Under the pieces are notes generated by a model that was not told where the DNA came from, did not search any database, and saw only the letters and a list, made by a program, of their open reading frames with translations. Source: a virus (lineage: Duplodnaviria > Heunggongvirae > Uroviricota > Caudoviricetes). Taken from it: DNA of 9,412 nucleotides. The stretch lies in IMG/VR virus record IMGVR_UViG_2606217104_000008; one strand, given 5' to 3'. Position numbers and translations under genes: made by a program. Shown here one piece after another: positions 1 to 7,763 of the stretch. How positions within the stretch are numbered: the stretch's first letter is position 1; every line of letters starts with the position of its first letter.

Positions 1-343
1 ACACCGTGACCTGAAACTCCAGGGTTGCACGGTAACAGCGGTTTTCCGGAATATAGTCCTGCATTTCACTGACGGATCCCGGGGCCAGCAGCATTATGGC
101 TTCACGGGCGTCCTGACGTATCTGACGCGCCTGCGTCACAGTCCCGGCATAAACGTCTATCTGCACCGACACTGAGGACTCCGCCTGCCCGCCCATCACG
201 TCCGCAGACACCGATGAAATCAGGCTGAAAACCACCCACGGAAGCGCCACCGACGGCCTGCCATCCAGCAGGGGGACCACATACGGGTACACCTGCCCGC
301 CGGCAAGATGTGCCAGATGAGGATACAAATCCGCCTCCGTCAT
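1..343 (-). CDS. Phage tail completion / tail-terminator-like protein (DUF3168-like), N-terminal part only; the 3' end lies beyond the left edge of the window
   Basis: Reverse-complement of 1-343 translates from ATG (343..341) as MTEADLYPHLAHLAGGQVYPYVVPLLDGRPSVALPWVVFSLISSVSADVMGGQAESSVSVQIDVYAGT... with no stop before the edge. The start overlaps the stop of the upstream gene as ATGA. Position after the gp10-family gene fits the HK97-type head-to-tail order. Family call is from memory of DUF3168 composition. Confidence 0.5.
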   Translation of the reverse strand, partial: MTEADLYPHLAHLAGGQVYPYVVPLLDGRPSVALPWVVFSLISSVSADVMGGQAESSVSVQIDVYAGTVTQARQIRQDAREAIMLLAPGSVSEMQDYIPENRCYRATLEFQVTV

Positions 344-786
344 CGTCTCAGTACCTCATCAATGGCCCGGTTCATCCGCGCAATCGCCACCTGTGCCGCC
401 TGTTCACTGCGCACATCAAATGCCGGGCGCACAAACGGGTGCGGTGGCATATTCACGGTCCCCATTTCCACAAACCGCCAGTAGAAAGCATTGCGCGGGT
501 TATCCGCCTTCATGGTGTTATCGCTGTTACCGGTGTCCGGATTAACACCCCGGATATGCACACCGGATTCCATCCCGCCATCGCGGGAGCGCCGGGAAAG
601 GACCACCACATTGCGGCGCAGTTTTCCCCTGCGTACCGGTGCCCGTGACACCACTTCTTCTTTCAGCACATTCGCACCCGCACGGGTTGCCTCACGCAGC
701 ACCCGGTTATTTTCTGCACCACTCAGAAGCTGCAAATCGCGGCTGATGTCCTCCAGCCCCGAAAAATCCAGCAGGGTTTCGATCAT
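340..786 (-). CDS. HK97 gp10-family phage head-tail (neck) protein
   Basis: 148-aa ORF. The motif PHPFVRPAFD and overall pattern are typical of the HK97 gp10 family. ATGA overlaps with both flanking genes (783-786 and 340-343). Confidence 0.65.
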   Translation of the reverse strand: MIETLLDFSGLEDISRDLQLLSGAENNRVLREATRAGANVLKEEVVSRAPVRRGKLRRNVVVLSRRSRDGGMESGVHIRGVNPDTGNSDNTMKADNPRNAFYWRFVEMGTVNMPPHPFVRPAFDVRSEQAAQVAIARMNRAIDEVLRR

Positions 787-1133
787 TTTTCACCTCCCAG
801 CCGACAGAGAATTTCCAGACGTCCGCCGGTCGCATCCGGCACGGGCAGCCCGACAACGTTCAGGATCCGGTCACGCCAGGGACCACTCAGCACATGAAGT
901 CGTGACGCTGCCGTGATTTCCCGACCGGACTGACCGCGCACCCAGATGCGGATTTCCGCCTGCGCCATTTCCGCACCGGACTGCATCCGCTCCCGGCTGC
1001 TCCTGCCACGGATATCCGCATGAATTTTCCCGCATGACACCCATTCTTCCGTCATTTCTCCGGCAGCATTACGGGTTAACACCGGGTTCAGAACACTTAT
1101 CATCTGTGTCAGACGACCTGCAGATATTGCCAT
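783..1133 (-). CDS. Phage head closure / head-tail adaptor protein (gp7-like, Phage_H_T_join family)
   Basis: 116-aa ORF with the ...EIRIWVR... pattern typical of head-tail joining proteins. Strong Shine-Dalgarno AGGAGGGAGGA lies immediately upstream of the ATG at 1133. Confidence 0.65.
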   Translation of the reverse strand: MAISAGRLTQMISVLNPVLTRNAAGEMTEEWVSCGKIHADIRGRSSRERMQSGAEMAQAEIRIWVRGQSGREITAASRLHVLSGPWRDRILNVVGLPVPDATGGRLEILCRLGGEK

Positions 1134-1143
1134 TCCTCCCTCC

Positions 1144-1470
1144 TCATAACACCGTCGGACAACGCAAATCGTAAATCAGCACGGACACAGAAAACGGCAG
1201 TTCCCCCTGCACGAGGTCTTCCCGCTCAGCAAGATCCGGATTCCGGTACAGCATCCCGGTCAGTCGCATGGCAGCCCCCTTCATCCGGGTTAATGCCTCG
1301 CCCGGGATCAGCTCACCGTCCTCACGAATCACTTTATCCCGGCTGCCCTGAATGTAGGCCAGCAGCACGGCGGTAGCCTGACGAACCTTGTCCATCAGCA
1401 TGTCATCATCCGCGTCATGGTCAACACGCAGATGTGCCTTGATCTCTTCCAGTGTCAGTAATGCCGTCAT
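1144..1470 (-). CDS. Phage head-tail connector protein (gp6-like, Phage_connect_1 family)
   Basis: 108-aa ORF. N-terminus TLEEIKAHLRVDHDADDDMLMDKV matches the acidic LEE.K..LR.D.DDDD signature of gp6-type connectors. The ATG at 1470 overlaps the TGA of the upstream gene (ATGA). Confidence 0.7.
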   Translation of the reverse strand: MTALLTLEEIKAHLRVDHDADDDMLMDKVRQATAVLLAYIQGSRDKVIREDGELIPGEALTRMKGAAMRLTGMLYRNPDLAEREDLVQGELPFSVSVLIYDLRCPTVL

Positions 1471-2528
1471 TTTCCGCCTCCTGCATCCCGTCCACGTTTT
1501 GCAGCCAGGGTCCAGCCTGATGAATGAGCTTCTCCGGGTTTATCACCGGTCATACTGTTGCAGTGCCACAGCGAGCCCCCCCACGTCACCGTATCGCCGG
1601 GGTGGTAGGTTTCACCGGCTCTGAACACACCGCGGTAGAGCATCACCGGCAGGGAAAATGTTTTTTCCGTACACTGGCCACTGCTCTGCCGGATCACCAC
1701 AGAGAACAACCGCTCACCCGTCATACTGACGTCAATATCCGCCACCCCGTCAACCAGGCATTCCCATCCCCGCATCCCGTGCGTTTTTTCATACGCCCGC
1801 CAGAGTCCTCCAAGGTGTGTGGCATACGTGCCCCGGGGAAAGGATTTTTGATCGTCAATGGCGGGGAGCACTTCCAGTGCCGTGGCATCACGCCCGTCCT
1901 GCGGAGCCGGCAGGGCATTCACCGCCTCCAGAACCGCCTTCCGCAGAACATCGGGATCGTAGTCACGACCATCACGCGGAACGGGAATATGGCTTACAGC
2001 CTCTTTCACCATCTGCTCAAGCATCGGACGCACATCATCGGGGGTGATACTTTTGCCGTCCGCCGGTACCGGAATTCTCCCGACCGCATCATTCACCGCC
2101 TGCTTCAGTACTTCCGGATCGTAATCACGACCATCGCGGGGAGCTGGAATATGGCCCACTGCCTCCGCCACCATCTGCTCAAGCATCGGACGCACATCAT
2201 CCGGGGTGAGACTTTTGCCGTCCGCCGGTACCGGAATATTCGCAACCGCATCATTCACCGCCTGCTGCAGTACATCCGGATCATAATCACGACCATCACG
2301 CGGTACCGAAATGGCCCCCACAGCGTCATCCACCATCGCCTGCAGAACCGGACGCACCTCATCCACCGTCACATGCTTCTGTAATACCGCCGACAGGGAA
2401 GTCAGTTTCTCTTCAAACGCTTGTGCCTGCGAGGCCATCTTCCCCTCAAATGTGCGCTGTAAATCCGCCAGCACCGTGGAGAATTCTTCACCCAGCGCAC
2501 GGATAATGGACAGTTCACGCTCTGTCAT
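1467..2528 (-). CDS. Repeat-containing phage structural protein of unknown function: coiled-coil-like N-terminus, three tandem ~54-aa repeats, aromatic CBM5/12-like C-terminal motif; possibly a head decoration or fibre protein
   Basis: 353-aa ORF, ATGA-coupled to portal upstream (2525-2528) and connector downstream (1467-1470). Repeats such as DVRPMLEQMVAEAVGHIPAPRDGRDYDPEVLKQAVNDAVGRIPVPADGKSITPD occur three times. C-terminus YHPGDTVTWGGSLWHCNSMTGDKPGEAHSSGWTL resembles the Y..GD.V.Y.G..Y.C...GW pattern of chitin-binding-type modules. The antisense plus-strand ORF (1524-2384) is His/Arg-rich junk. Confidence 0.6.
   Translation of the reverse strand: MTERELSIIRALGEEFSTVLADLQRTFEGKMASQAQAFEEKLTSLSAVLQKHVTVDEVRPVLQAMVDDAVGAISVPRDGRDYDPDVLQQAVNDAVANIPVPADGKSLTPDDVRPMLEQMVAEAVGHIPAPRDGRDYDPEVLKQAVNDAVGRIPVPADGKSITPDDVRPMLEQMVKEAVSHIPVPRDGRDYDPDVLRKAVLEAVNALPAPQDGRDATALEVLPAIDDQKSFPRGTYATHLGGLWRAYEKTHGMRGWECLVDGVADIDVSMTGERLFSVVIRQSSGQCTEKTFSLPVMLYRGVFRAGETYHPGDTVTWGGSLWHCNSMTGDKPGEAHSSGWTLAAKRGRDAGGGK
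1918..2366 (-). repeat. Intragenic tandem DNA repeat, about 3 x 162 bp (each with an internal ~81-bp sub-period), encoding the protein repeats of the 353-aa gene
   Basis: Near-identical segments recur with a 162-bp period, e.g. tccggatcgtaatcacgaccatcgcgggg at about 2113 and tccggatcataatcacgaccatcacgcgg at about 2275, and ccatctgctcaagcatcggacgcacatcatc at 2010 and 2171. Confidence 0.8.
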
Positions 2529-3889
2529 TTTCGCAGTATCCCCCTGAACATCGCCTTCACCGCATCACGCTCTGTTTCGCTTATGGCCTTATTACCGTCA
2601 GATGCGCCCTCCTGGCGTGTGCCTGACGACGTTTTCCCGGAAGACGCGAACGGATCCTCACGGGCATCACGACGGGACAGCGCCTCCAGACTGTAGTTCT
2701 GCTGCTGAAGATACAGTGCATCACCGCCGGCAAGGGGCGGCAGGTTCTCACGTTTACGGGCCTCATTGGGCGTGAGAAGCGTATTTTTCACCGATTCACC
2801 CAGCGTTTTCATGCGACGTTCGCTGTCCATTCTCAGCAGCGTGGTGACGTCAAACTCCGTACTCTCGTTTTCCCCCGTTTCCAGCGCCTCATCCAGTAAC
2901 AGTTCAATGGACTCAATCAGCGTCTGCAGGCACTGGGAATAATACTGCTGCTCCAGCGCCTCCACGTTGTCACTGGAAGGCGGGTGGCCAACGCCAATCT
3001 TGTAGGCCGGGACACGGAACACCGAACAGACAATTTCAGCGGTCATCTTCAGTTGTTCCACCGTCTGCGCATCCACCGGTGAAAACGTCGTGGGGTTGTA
3101 TTTTGCCCCGTTGCTCAGAATGGCCGTTTTCCCCGCATTTTCGCCGGTATACCCGCTGTCCCAGTTGCTCTTCAGTTTTTTCGCATTTTCTTCCGTTATA
3201 CTGCCGGGGATCTCAATCACCCCGGACGGCCTGCCGCCATTTCTGAAAAAAGACGTCGAATTTTCCTGAATATGATGCCCCTGCGTGGCCGCCAGCCCGG
3301 CGGCATACACCGGCGGCAACCCTATAAGCGGATGAAAAAAACAGTTAAACCGGTCGTGGATCACTTCCCGGGCAGGCACCGTCACCGCCTCCGTGATCCC
3401 GCAGTTCCGGTCCGGCGTGATGCGGTAGAACACCTCGCCGTCATCCGCCACCAGAGGTTCAACCCGGCTCCAGTCCAGAATACGCAGTTCTTTGATCTGC
3501 CCCCGGGAGTTACGGATTTTCAGCACCACCGTATTGCCGTGACGCAGTTTGGCGTTCAGCCACAGTTCAAAAAACTGGATACGATTCTGCTGTGCATTGG
3601 GACGACGACAGAGACGGGCAATATCCCCCTGCCGTTTTTCACGGCGGATCCCCTGTGTATCCGTCTGCATCAGGCGCAGCCGCATTTTGGCGATATCCTG
3701 GGATATCAGCGAAATGCAAGAAAACACCGCATGAAAGGAGAGGACACTTTCCGGATCGGCTTTCACCCCCTGCTGCCAGGCGCCGGCAAAGGGCTCAGCC
3801 ACCGCCTGAAACAGGCTGGTCCAGCCCACCTCTTTTACATCACGTCCTGATTTCTGGTTTTTTCGGGTTCGCCGCAAAAGGTTCCACAT
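2525..3889 (-). CDS. Phage portal protein, HK97 family
   Basis: 454-aa ORF with portal-typical segments (SFHAVFSCISLISQDIAKMRLRL, FFRNGGRPSGVIEIPG, NGAKY, ALYLQQQNYSLEAL). ATG at 3889 is the first ATG after an in-frame TGA, with GGAG 8 nt upstream. Confidence 0.85.
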   Translation of the reverse strand: MWNLLRRTRKNQKSGRDVKEVGWTSLFQAVAEPFAGAWQQGVKADPESVLSFHAVFSCISLISQDIAKMRLRLMQTDTQGIRREKRQGDIARLCRRPNAQQNRIQFFELWLNAKLRHGNTVVLKIRNSRGQIKELRILDWSRVEPLVADDGEVFYRITPDRNCGITEAVTVPAREVIHDRFNCFFHPLIGLPPVYAAGLAATQGHHIQENSTSFFRNGGRPSGVIEIPGSITEENAKKLKSNWDSGYTGENAGKTAILSNGAKYNPTTFSPVDAQTVEQLKMTAEIVCSVFRVPAYKIGVGHPPSSDNVEALEQQYYSQCLQTLIESIELLLDEALETGENESTEFDVTTLLRMDSERRMKTLGESVKNTLLTPNEARKRENLPPLAGGDALYLQQQNYSLEALSRRDAREDPFASSGKTSSGTRQEGASDGNKAISETERDAVKAMFRGILRK

Positions 3890-4056
3890 TCGCCATGCTC
3901 CGCATCACGTTTCTTTTTCTGACCTGCCGGACGTCGCGCTGTGATGTACTCCGCCTTCCCCAGGCGAACCAGCACCTCCGCACACGGCTGTGCCACATCA
4001 CGGATATCCCCGGCCCGGGCATCATGCGTGCCCTGCAGATACTGGATTTTTGCCAT
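3835..4056 (-). CDS. Hypothetical small protein (73 aa) between the capsid and portal genes; overlaps the first 55 nt of portal in another frame
   Basis: ORF MAKIQYLQGTHDARAGDIRDVAQPCAEVLVRLGKAEYITARRP... fills the gap left between the capsid stop (4101) and portal start (3889). Codon third-position GC is about 67% with host-preferred codons. No good Shine-Dalgarno within 5-10 nt of the ATG, so it may be spurious. Confidence 0.3.
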   Translation of the reverse strand: MAKIQYLQGTHDARAGDIRDVAQPCAEVLVRLGKAEYITARRPAGQKKKRDAEHGECGTFCGEPEKTRNQDVM

Positions 4057-4100
4057 CTGTTACTGCGGGAAGCTCGCGCCTCCCGCCCTCCTCATCAGAC

Positions 4101-6038
4101 TCAGCCACCGGACGCAGTTCCGTAGTTCACACCGGTGATCACCGCCACTGCCGCAGTACGGCGACGACGCCAGTTGATCCAGCGCTCCGCACGGATGGCC
4201 ACGCTGCCGGTCTGAAACATGGAGACCAGTTCCACCGGTGACGGTGTGCTGCTGTCGCTGGTCGGTTCAGACTGCATTTCCAGTGACGCTTCACGGGACA
4301 TATCCACTGCCACACCGCCGTCATCCGCCAGATAAATATCCGGGGCATTCACCAGCACCAGCTGGTCACCCACGTACTGGGAGACAATCACCGGCAGCCC
4401 CTGGAAGGTCCCGCCCAGCAAGGTCATGTCCGGATATTCCTTCTGACCCAGCGCATTTTTACGCATGGACAGTGCCAGGGCATTGGTGCTGGACATCAGC
4501 CAGACCGCACCGGTGGGCTGCAGGTTTGCTGCCACAAACTGGCCAAACGCCGCCTCTGCATCCGCATCCGGGTTACCGGTTGATGCCGTGCCCTTCACAT
4601 CATGGGTGATGGACGCCGGGGAGACATCTGCCACTGCGGCTTTTTTCGGGTCCACAAAGTCTGTGTCCAGACGCGCCACCACCGCTTCTGCCAGCGCATT
4701 ACGGACCAGCGCATCAGCTGCCGGACTGGAAAAACGGATCAGCTCTTCCGTCAGTACCGCAATGGCCGACACCTTCGCATGACTGAAGGTGATGGACTCA
4801 AAATCAAACTTCGTCAGGGGTCTGGCCTTACCCTCCCCCACCCAGCCGGCAGCACCGCCGGACACCTGGGCATGCACGCGGATATTGAACGGCACCTGAC
4901 GAAGTGCAGGGATCCCGCCCTGACCAAATCGCCCGATAATGGTCTGCGGACGCAGGTAATCAATAAAGTCCTGTGCGTATTCCTGATATTCAGACAGGCT
5001 GCCTGCCCACTGCGGATCCGTGGTGGTCCCTGCCCCCACCGCCGATTTCAGGACATGATGCAGACGGCTGTCATCCGGATACTGACGACGGGCCACTTCC
5101 AGGGCTTCAGAGCGGACACCTTTAGCCGCGGCCAGTGATTTGGCAAAGCGGGCGAAACCAATCCCCTTCTCCAGTTTCTGCTCAACACGGATCACCGGCG
5201 CTGAAGCCACCGTGGCCACATTCCCGTTACCGGCCTGTTTCACCGGCTGTGCCGTGGCGGCCTTACTGGTTTCCAGTTCACGCAGACGCTTCAGGTGCGC
5301 ATCCACCTGACGGATTTCCGCTGCGGTGTTGTCGTAGTGCTCTTCCTCTTCCACATCCAGTGTGCGGCCTTCCTCTGCGGCTTTGTTCATGATCTCCTCA
5401 AGGGAGGCTGCCAGCGCCGCACGCTTGTTTTCAAAACTTTTAATCTGTTCACCAGTATTCATTGCTGACTTTTCCTTATGAAAAGAGGTTATTGACTGTG
5501 CCGAAGCGCCGGCAGAAGATGCGATTTTCACCACCGGTTTCCGGTTGCCGGACGCGGCAGAAAACGGGCGGTCGTAAGATTTAATGGTCCGGATGGTGCA
5601 TTCCGCATTCGCGGGCACGGTGACGGCAGACACCTCCATCAGTTCCCAGCGCAGAAAATGCAGTCCGCCTCCGTCCAGAAAGGTGTATTCATGGGGACGG
5701 AAGCCCACGGACAGCCCCCTGACCAGCCCGGTCTTAATGGCCGCCCAGACCTCATCCAGCCGGGCAGCCAGTTGCGACGGCATATCCGGTACGGGCTTCA
5801 CCAGTGTTGCCGTGATTTCCAGCCCTTCGCTGACCCGGCGCACCGTACACTGCCCCACCGGGCGGGAATGGTCATGCTGCCAGAGAAACGGGATCGCACT
5901 GCCAAACTCCGCGCCCTCCGGCTCCAGGATGTCACCATCCCGATCCGGAGAAGGCGTTGACGCAATCCCGGTGATCACCCGTTCATCCTCACTGAAGGAT
6001 TTCACCGTCAGCAGGGAACAGGCCCGTTTAAGAGTCAC
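4101..6038 (-). CDS. Prohead protease - scaffold (delta) domain - major capsid protein fusion (HK97-fold capsid with N-terminal HK97-family prohead protease)
   Basis: 645-aa ORF. N-terminus (ITGIASTPSPDRDGDILEPEGAEF...LWQHDHSRPVG) matches the HK97 prohead protease (S78/U35) pattern. The middle is charged and coiled-coil-like (EEEEHYDNTAAEIRQVDAHLKRLRELE). The C-terminal ~340 aa look like an HK97-type major capsid protein (...LVLVNAPDIYLADDGGVAVDMSREASLEM...). Start is GTG at 6038 with AGGAGG 5 nt upstream. Confidence 0.85.
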   Translation of the reverse strand: MTLKRACSLLTVKSFSEDERVITGIASTPSPDRDGDILEPEGAEFGSAIPFLWQHDHSRPVGQCTVRRVSEGLEITATLVKPVPDMPSQLAARLDEVWAAIKTGLVRGLSVGFRPHEYTFLDGGGLHFLRWELMEVSAVTVPANAECTIRTIKSYDRPFSAASGNRKPVVKIASSAGASAQSITSFHKEKSAMNTGEQIKSFENKRAALAASLEEIMNKAAEEGRTLDVEEEEHYDNTAAEIRQVDAHLKRLRELETSKAATAQPVKQAGNGNVATVASAPVIRVEQKLEKGIGFARFAKSLAAAKGVRSEALEVARRQYPDDSRLHHVLKSAVGAGTTTDPQWAGSLSEYQEYAQDFIDYLRPQTIIGRFGQGGIPALRQVPFNIRVHAQVSGGAAGWVGEGKARPLTKFDFESITFSHAKVSAIAVLTEELIRFSSPAADALVRNALAEAVVARLDTDFVDPKKAAVADVSPASITHDVKGTASTGNPDADAEAAFGQFVAANLQPTGAVWLMSSTNALALSMRKNALGQKEYPDMTLLGGTFQGLPVIVSQYVGDQLVLVNAPDIYLADDGGVAVDMSREASLEMQSEPTSDSSTPSPVELVSMFQTGSVAIRAERWINWRRRRTAAVAVITGVNYGTASGG

Positions 6039-6050
6039 ATCAGCCTCCTG

Positions 6051-6076
6051 AAAATAAAAAAACCGCCGCAGCGGTT
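6051..6076 (-). terminator. Putative intrinsic terminator or attenuator hairpin between the terminase large subunit and the capsid gene
   Basis: On the minus strand the sequence reads AACCGC-TGCG-GCGGTT (6-bp stem, 4-nt loop) followed directly by TTTTTATTTT, then the AGGAGG ribosome-binding site of the capsid gene. The stem is short, so strength is uncertain. Confidence 0.4.
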
Positions 6077-6101
6077 CGTGATGGTTACAGTGTGAACAGG
6101 G

Positions 6102-7763
6102 TTATATGAAAAAAACCTCATATTCTTTCTTTTTCGGTTCCGGGTTAAGGGACATCAGGGAGACCGCATTGAACAGCGCCATCAGCGGGTCAATTTTTCC
6201 CCGTCCACTGGCCTGTTTGGTGATAAGAATGGCGTTACCTTTAGGCTCCACCCGGGCATTGCCAACGCACCAGGCCATCAGTGGCTGATCACCATGCACC
6301 AGCACCCCTTCAGCCAGTTTGCGCTCGGTGGTTTTGATGGCCCCGCCCAGCTTCCAGCCCTGGCTTATCCCCACCACACTCTCATCGGGGATCCCGGCTT
6401 CCGCCAGTGAATCCAGAATCTGCCCCACACCTGACGGGTCAATACCGATATGATCCAGTAACTCAGCCTCATGAATACGACGCACATACTCCGCCACTTC
6501 CGCCGTGTCATCCCCGACCCGACGGACAATCGTCATGTCTCCACAGGCCACAAAATCCTGAAACCGGGATGCCTCACTCTTCCGTCTGACCACCGCGGTT
6601 TCATGCACCCAGGCATGGCCCCAGCCCAGCCATTCGCGGGTTTCCCTGTCACGGCCAGTCACGTACATTCCCAGCAGATCATCCAGGCCCCCGCCGTCAA
6701 TCCCCACCGTCACCACATCAGCGCGCTGCAGGATATCGTCCAGGCTGACGCGCCTGCCCTGCTGCTCCCAGAAATCCGCGCCCGCCCAGCGGTCAGAACG
6801 CAGGGCAAGACCGATTTCCACATTGGCGTGTTTTGACATGAAGCCACGGAATGTCTCTTCACCGGCTTCCCGGGCTTTACGATACTCCCGGTACAGAAAG
6901 GCCTCATCCACCGAATAACCGAGATTCGGGTTAACCATGGCGAGGTTTTCCATCAGCAGGTGAGCCCCGCTTTCCACCATTTCAGGAGGGTGTTCAAATA
7001 TCACCGGCAGAAAGTGCGGATCATGAATTTTGCCGTCACGGACATCCCGGGCGTACTGCAGTTTCTGTCTGAACACCCCGGCAGGCGGTTCATTCGACTG
7101 GGTGGTTGTGTACACCACAAACCCTTCCGGACGTGAAGCCAGCCCGCCGATGGCTTCACGTAGCATGTCTTCCGCTTTGTACTGCTTGCCAAACAGCCAC
7201 AGTTCATCAATCAGTGTCCCCACGGACTTGATACCGGACACCGTATTCGGATCGGCTGCCACCACCTTCAGGGTGGTGTCCGTCACCCGATGGGTGATGG
7301 TCCGGATATGTGTCTGCACCTGACAGAGGTCATCCAGATCATCGTCCCGTCGTACCATATCCCTGGCAGGGTTGAAGGCGTTAGCCGCCACCTCCACGGT
7401 CGGGGCCAGAATGGTGTAGCCCGCCGCCTGCCGCCAGTTCAGTAACAGCGCCGTCATCATGATCCCCGCGGCCAGCGTGGACTTACTGTTTTTCTTGGGG
7501 ATAAGGATAAACACTTCCTTGATATGGCGAACACCGGTCTGCGCATCGTAGGAGCCAAACAGGGCCGCCACCAGGTCAAACACCCACGGTGCACAGGACT
7601 CCCCGAATGTCGGGCTACCCGGTGCATCCACAATTCGCAGTTGTTTAAAAATCGCCAGTGCATGTGCAGCCTGGTCCGGATAAATCGGAGCCGGAATAAT
7701 CGACAGCCCCTTTTTCAGGCGCTCTGCCCAGTCCGGACATGCCGTGCTCCATACAGGTATCAT
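6102..7763 (-). CDS. Phage terminase large subunit (Terminase_1-type ATPase/nuclease)
   Basis: 553-aa ORF with a Walker-A-like segment (ILIPKKNSKSTLAAG), typical terminase size, and placement directly after the small subunit with an ATGA overlap (7760-7763). Confidence 0.9.
   Translation of the reverse strand: MIPVWSTACPDWAERLKKGLSIIPAPIYPDQAAHALAIFKQLRIVDAPGSPTFGESCAPWVFDLVAALFGSYDAQTGVRHIKEVFILIPKKNSKSTLAAGIMMTALLLNWRQAAGYTILAPTVEVAANAFNPARDMVRRDDDLDDLCQVQTHIRTITHRVTDTTLKVVAADPNTVSGIKSVGTLIDELWLFGKQYKAEDMLREAIGGLASRPEGFVVYTTTQSNEPPAGVFRQKLQYARDVRDGKIHDPHFLPVIFEHPPEMVESGAHLLMENLAMVNPNLGYSVDEAFLYREYRKAREAGEETFRGFMSKHANVEIGLALRSDRWAGADFWEQQGRRVSLDDILQRADVVTVGIDGGGLDDLLGMYVTGRDRETREWLGWGHAWVHETAVVRRKSEASRFQDFVACGDMTIVRRVGDDTAEVAEYVRRIHEAELLDHIGIDPSGVGQILDSLAEAGIPDESVVGISQGWKLGGAIKTTERKLAEGVLVHGDQPLMAWCVGNARVEPKGNAILITKQASGRGKIDPLMALFNAVSLMSLNPEPKKKEYEVFFI

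Noticed and set aside
310-916. Plus-strand ORFs 310-648 and 491-916
   Set aside because: Antisense to the gp10-family and head-closure genes; Pro/Arg/His-rich, with no ribosome-binding site or coupling.
1-1470. Programmed translational frameshift (tail chaperone G/GT type)
   Set aside because: The head-tail joining genes here are discrete ORFs joined by ATGA overlaps; no slippery heptamer with a downstream extended frame was seen. The tail chaperone genes would lie beyond the left edge.
1524-2384. 286-aa plus-strand ORF antisense to the repeat-containing gene
   Set aside because: His/Arg/Ile-rich low-complexity translation typical of the antisense frame of a GC-rich gene. The minus-strand ORF has ATGA coupling to both neighbours and a sensible composition.
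2581-4025. Minus-strand short ORFs 2581-2766 and 3840-4025
   Set aside because: Alternative frames within or over the portal region with Arg/Trp-rich translations. 3840-4025 is a third frame of the capsid-portal gap and looks less coding-like than the 73-aa ORF kept as low-confidence.
3272-4125. Plus-strand ORFs 3272-3850, 3549-3734 and 3592-4125 across the portal start
   Set aside because: Antisense to the well-supported portal gene and capsid-portal gap; Arg/Pro/His-rich composition typical of spurious frames.
4238-6051. Plus-strand ORFs inside the capsid fusion gene (4238-4609, 4465-4782, 4602-5138, 5135-5392, 5584-6051, 5658-5960) and minus-strand ORF 4139-4348
   Set aside because: All lie within the strongly supported 645-aa minus-strand gene, on the antisense strand or out of frame, with Arg/Pro/Trp-rich translations.
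6106-7323. Short ORFs inside the terminase large subunit gene (6106-6288, 6407-6589, 6471-6836, 6710-6907, 7001-7210, 7030-7323)
   Set aside because: Nested within the 553-aa terminase ORF in other frames or on the other strand; no independent support.
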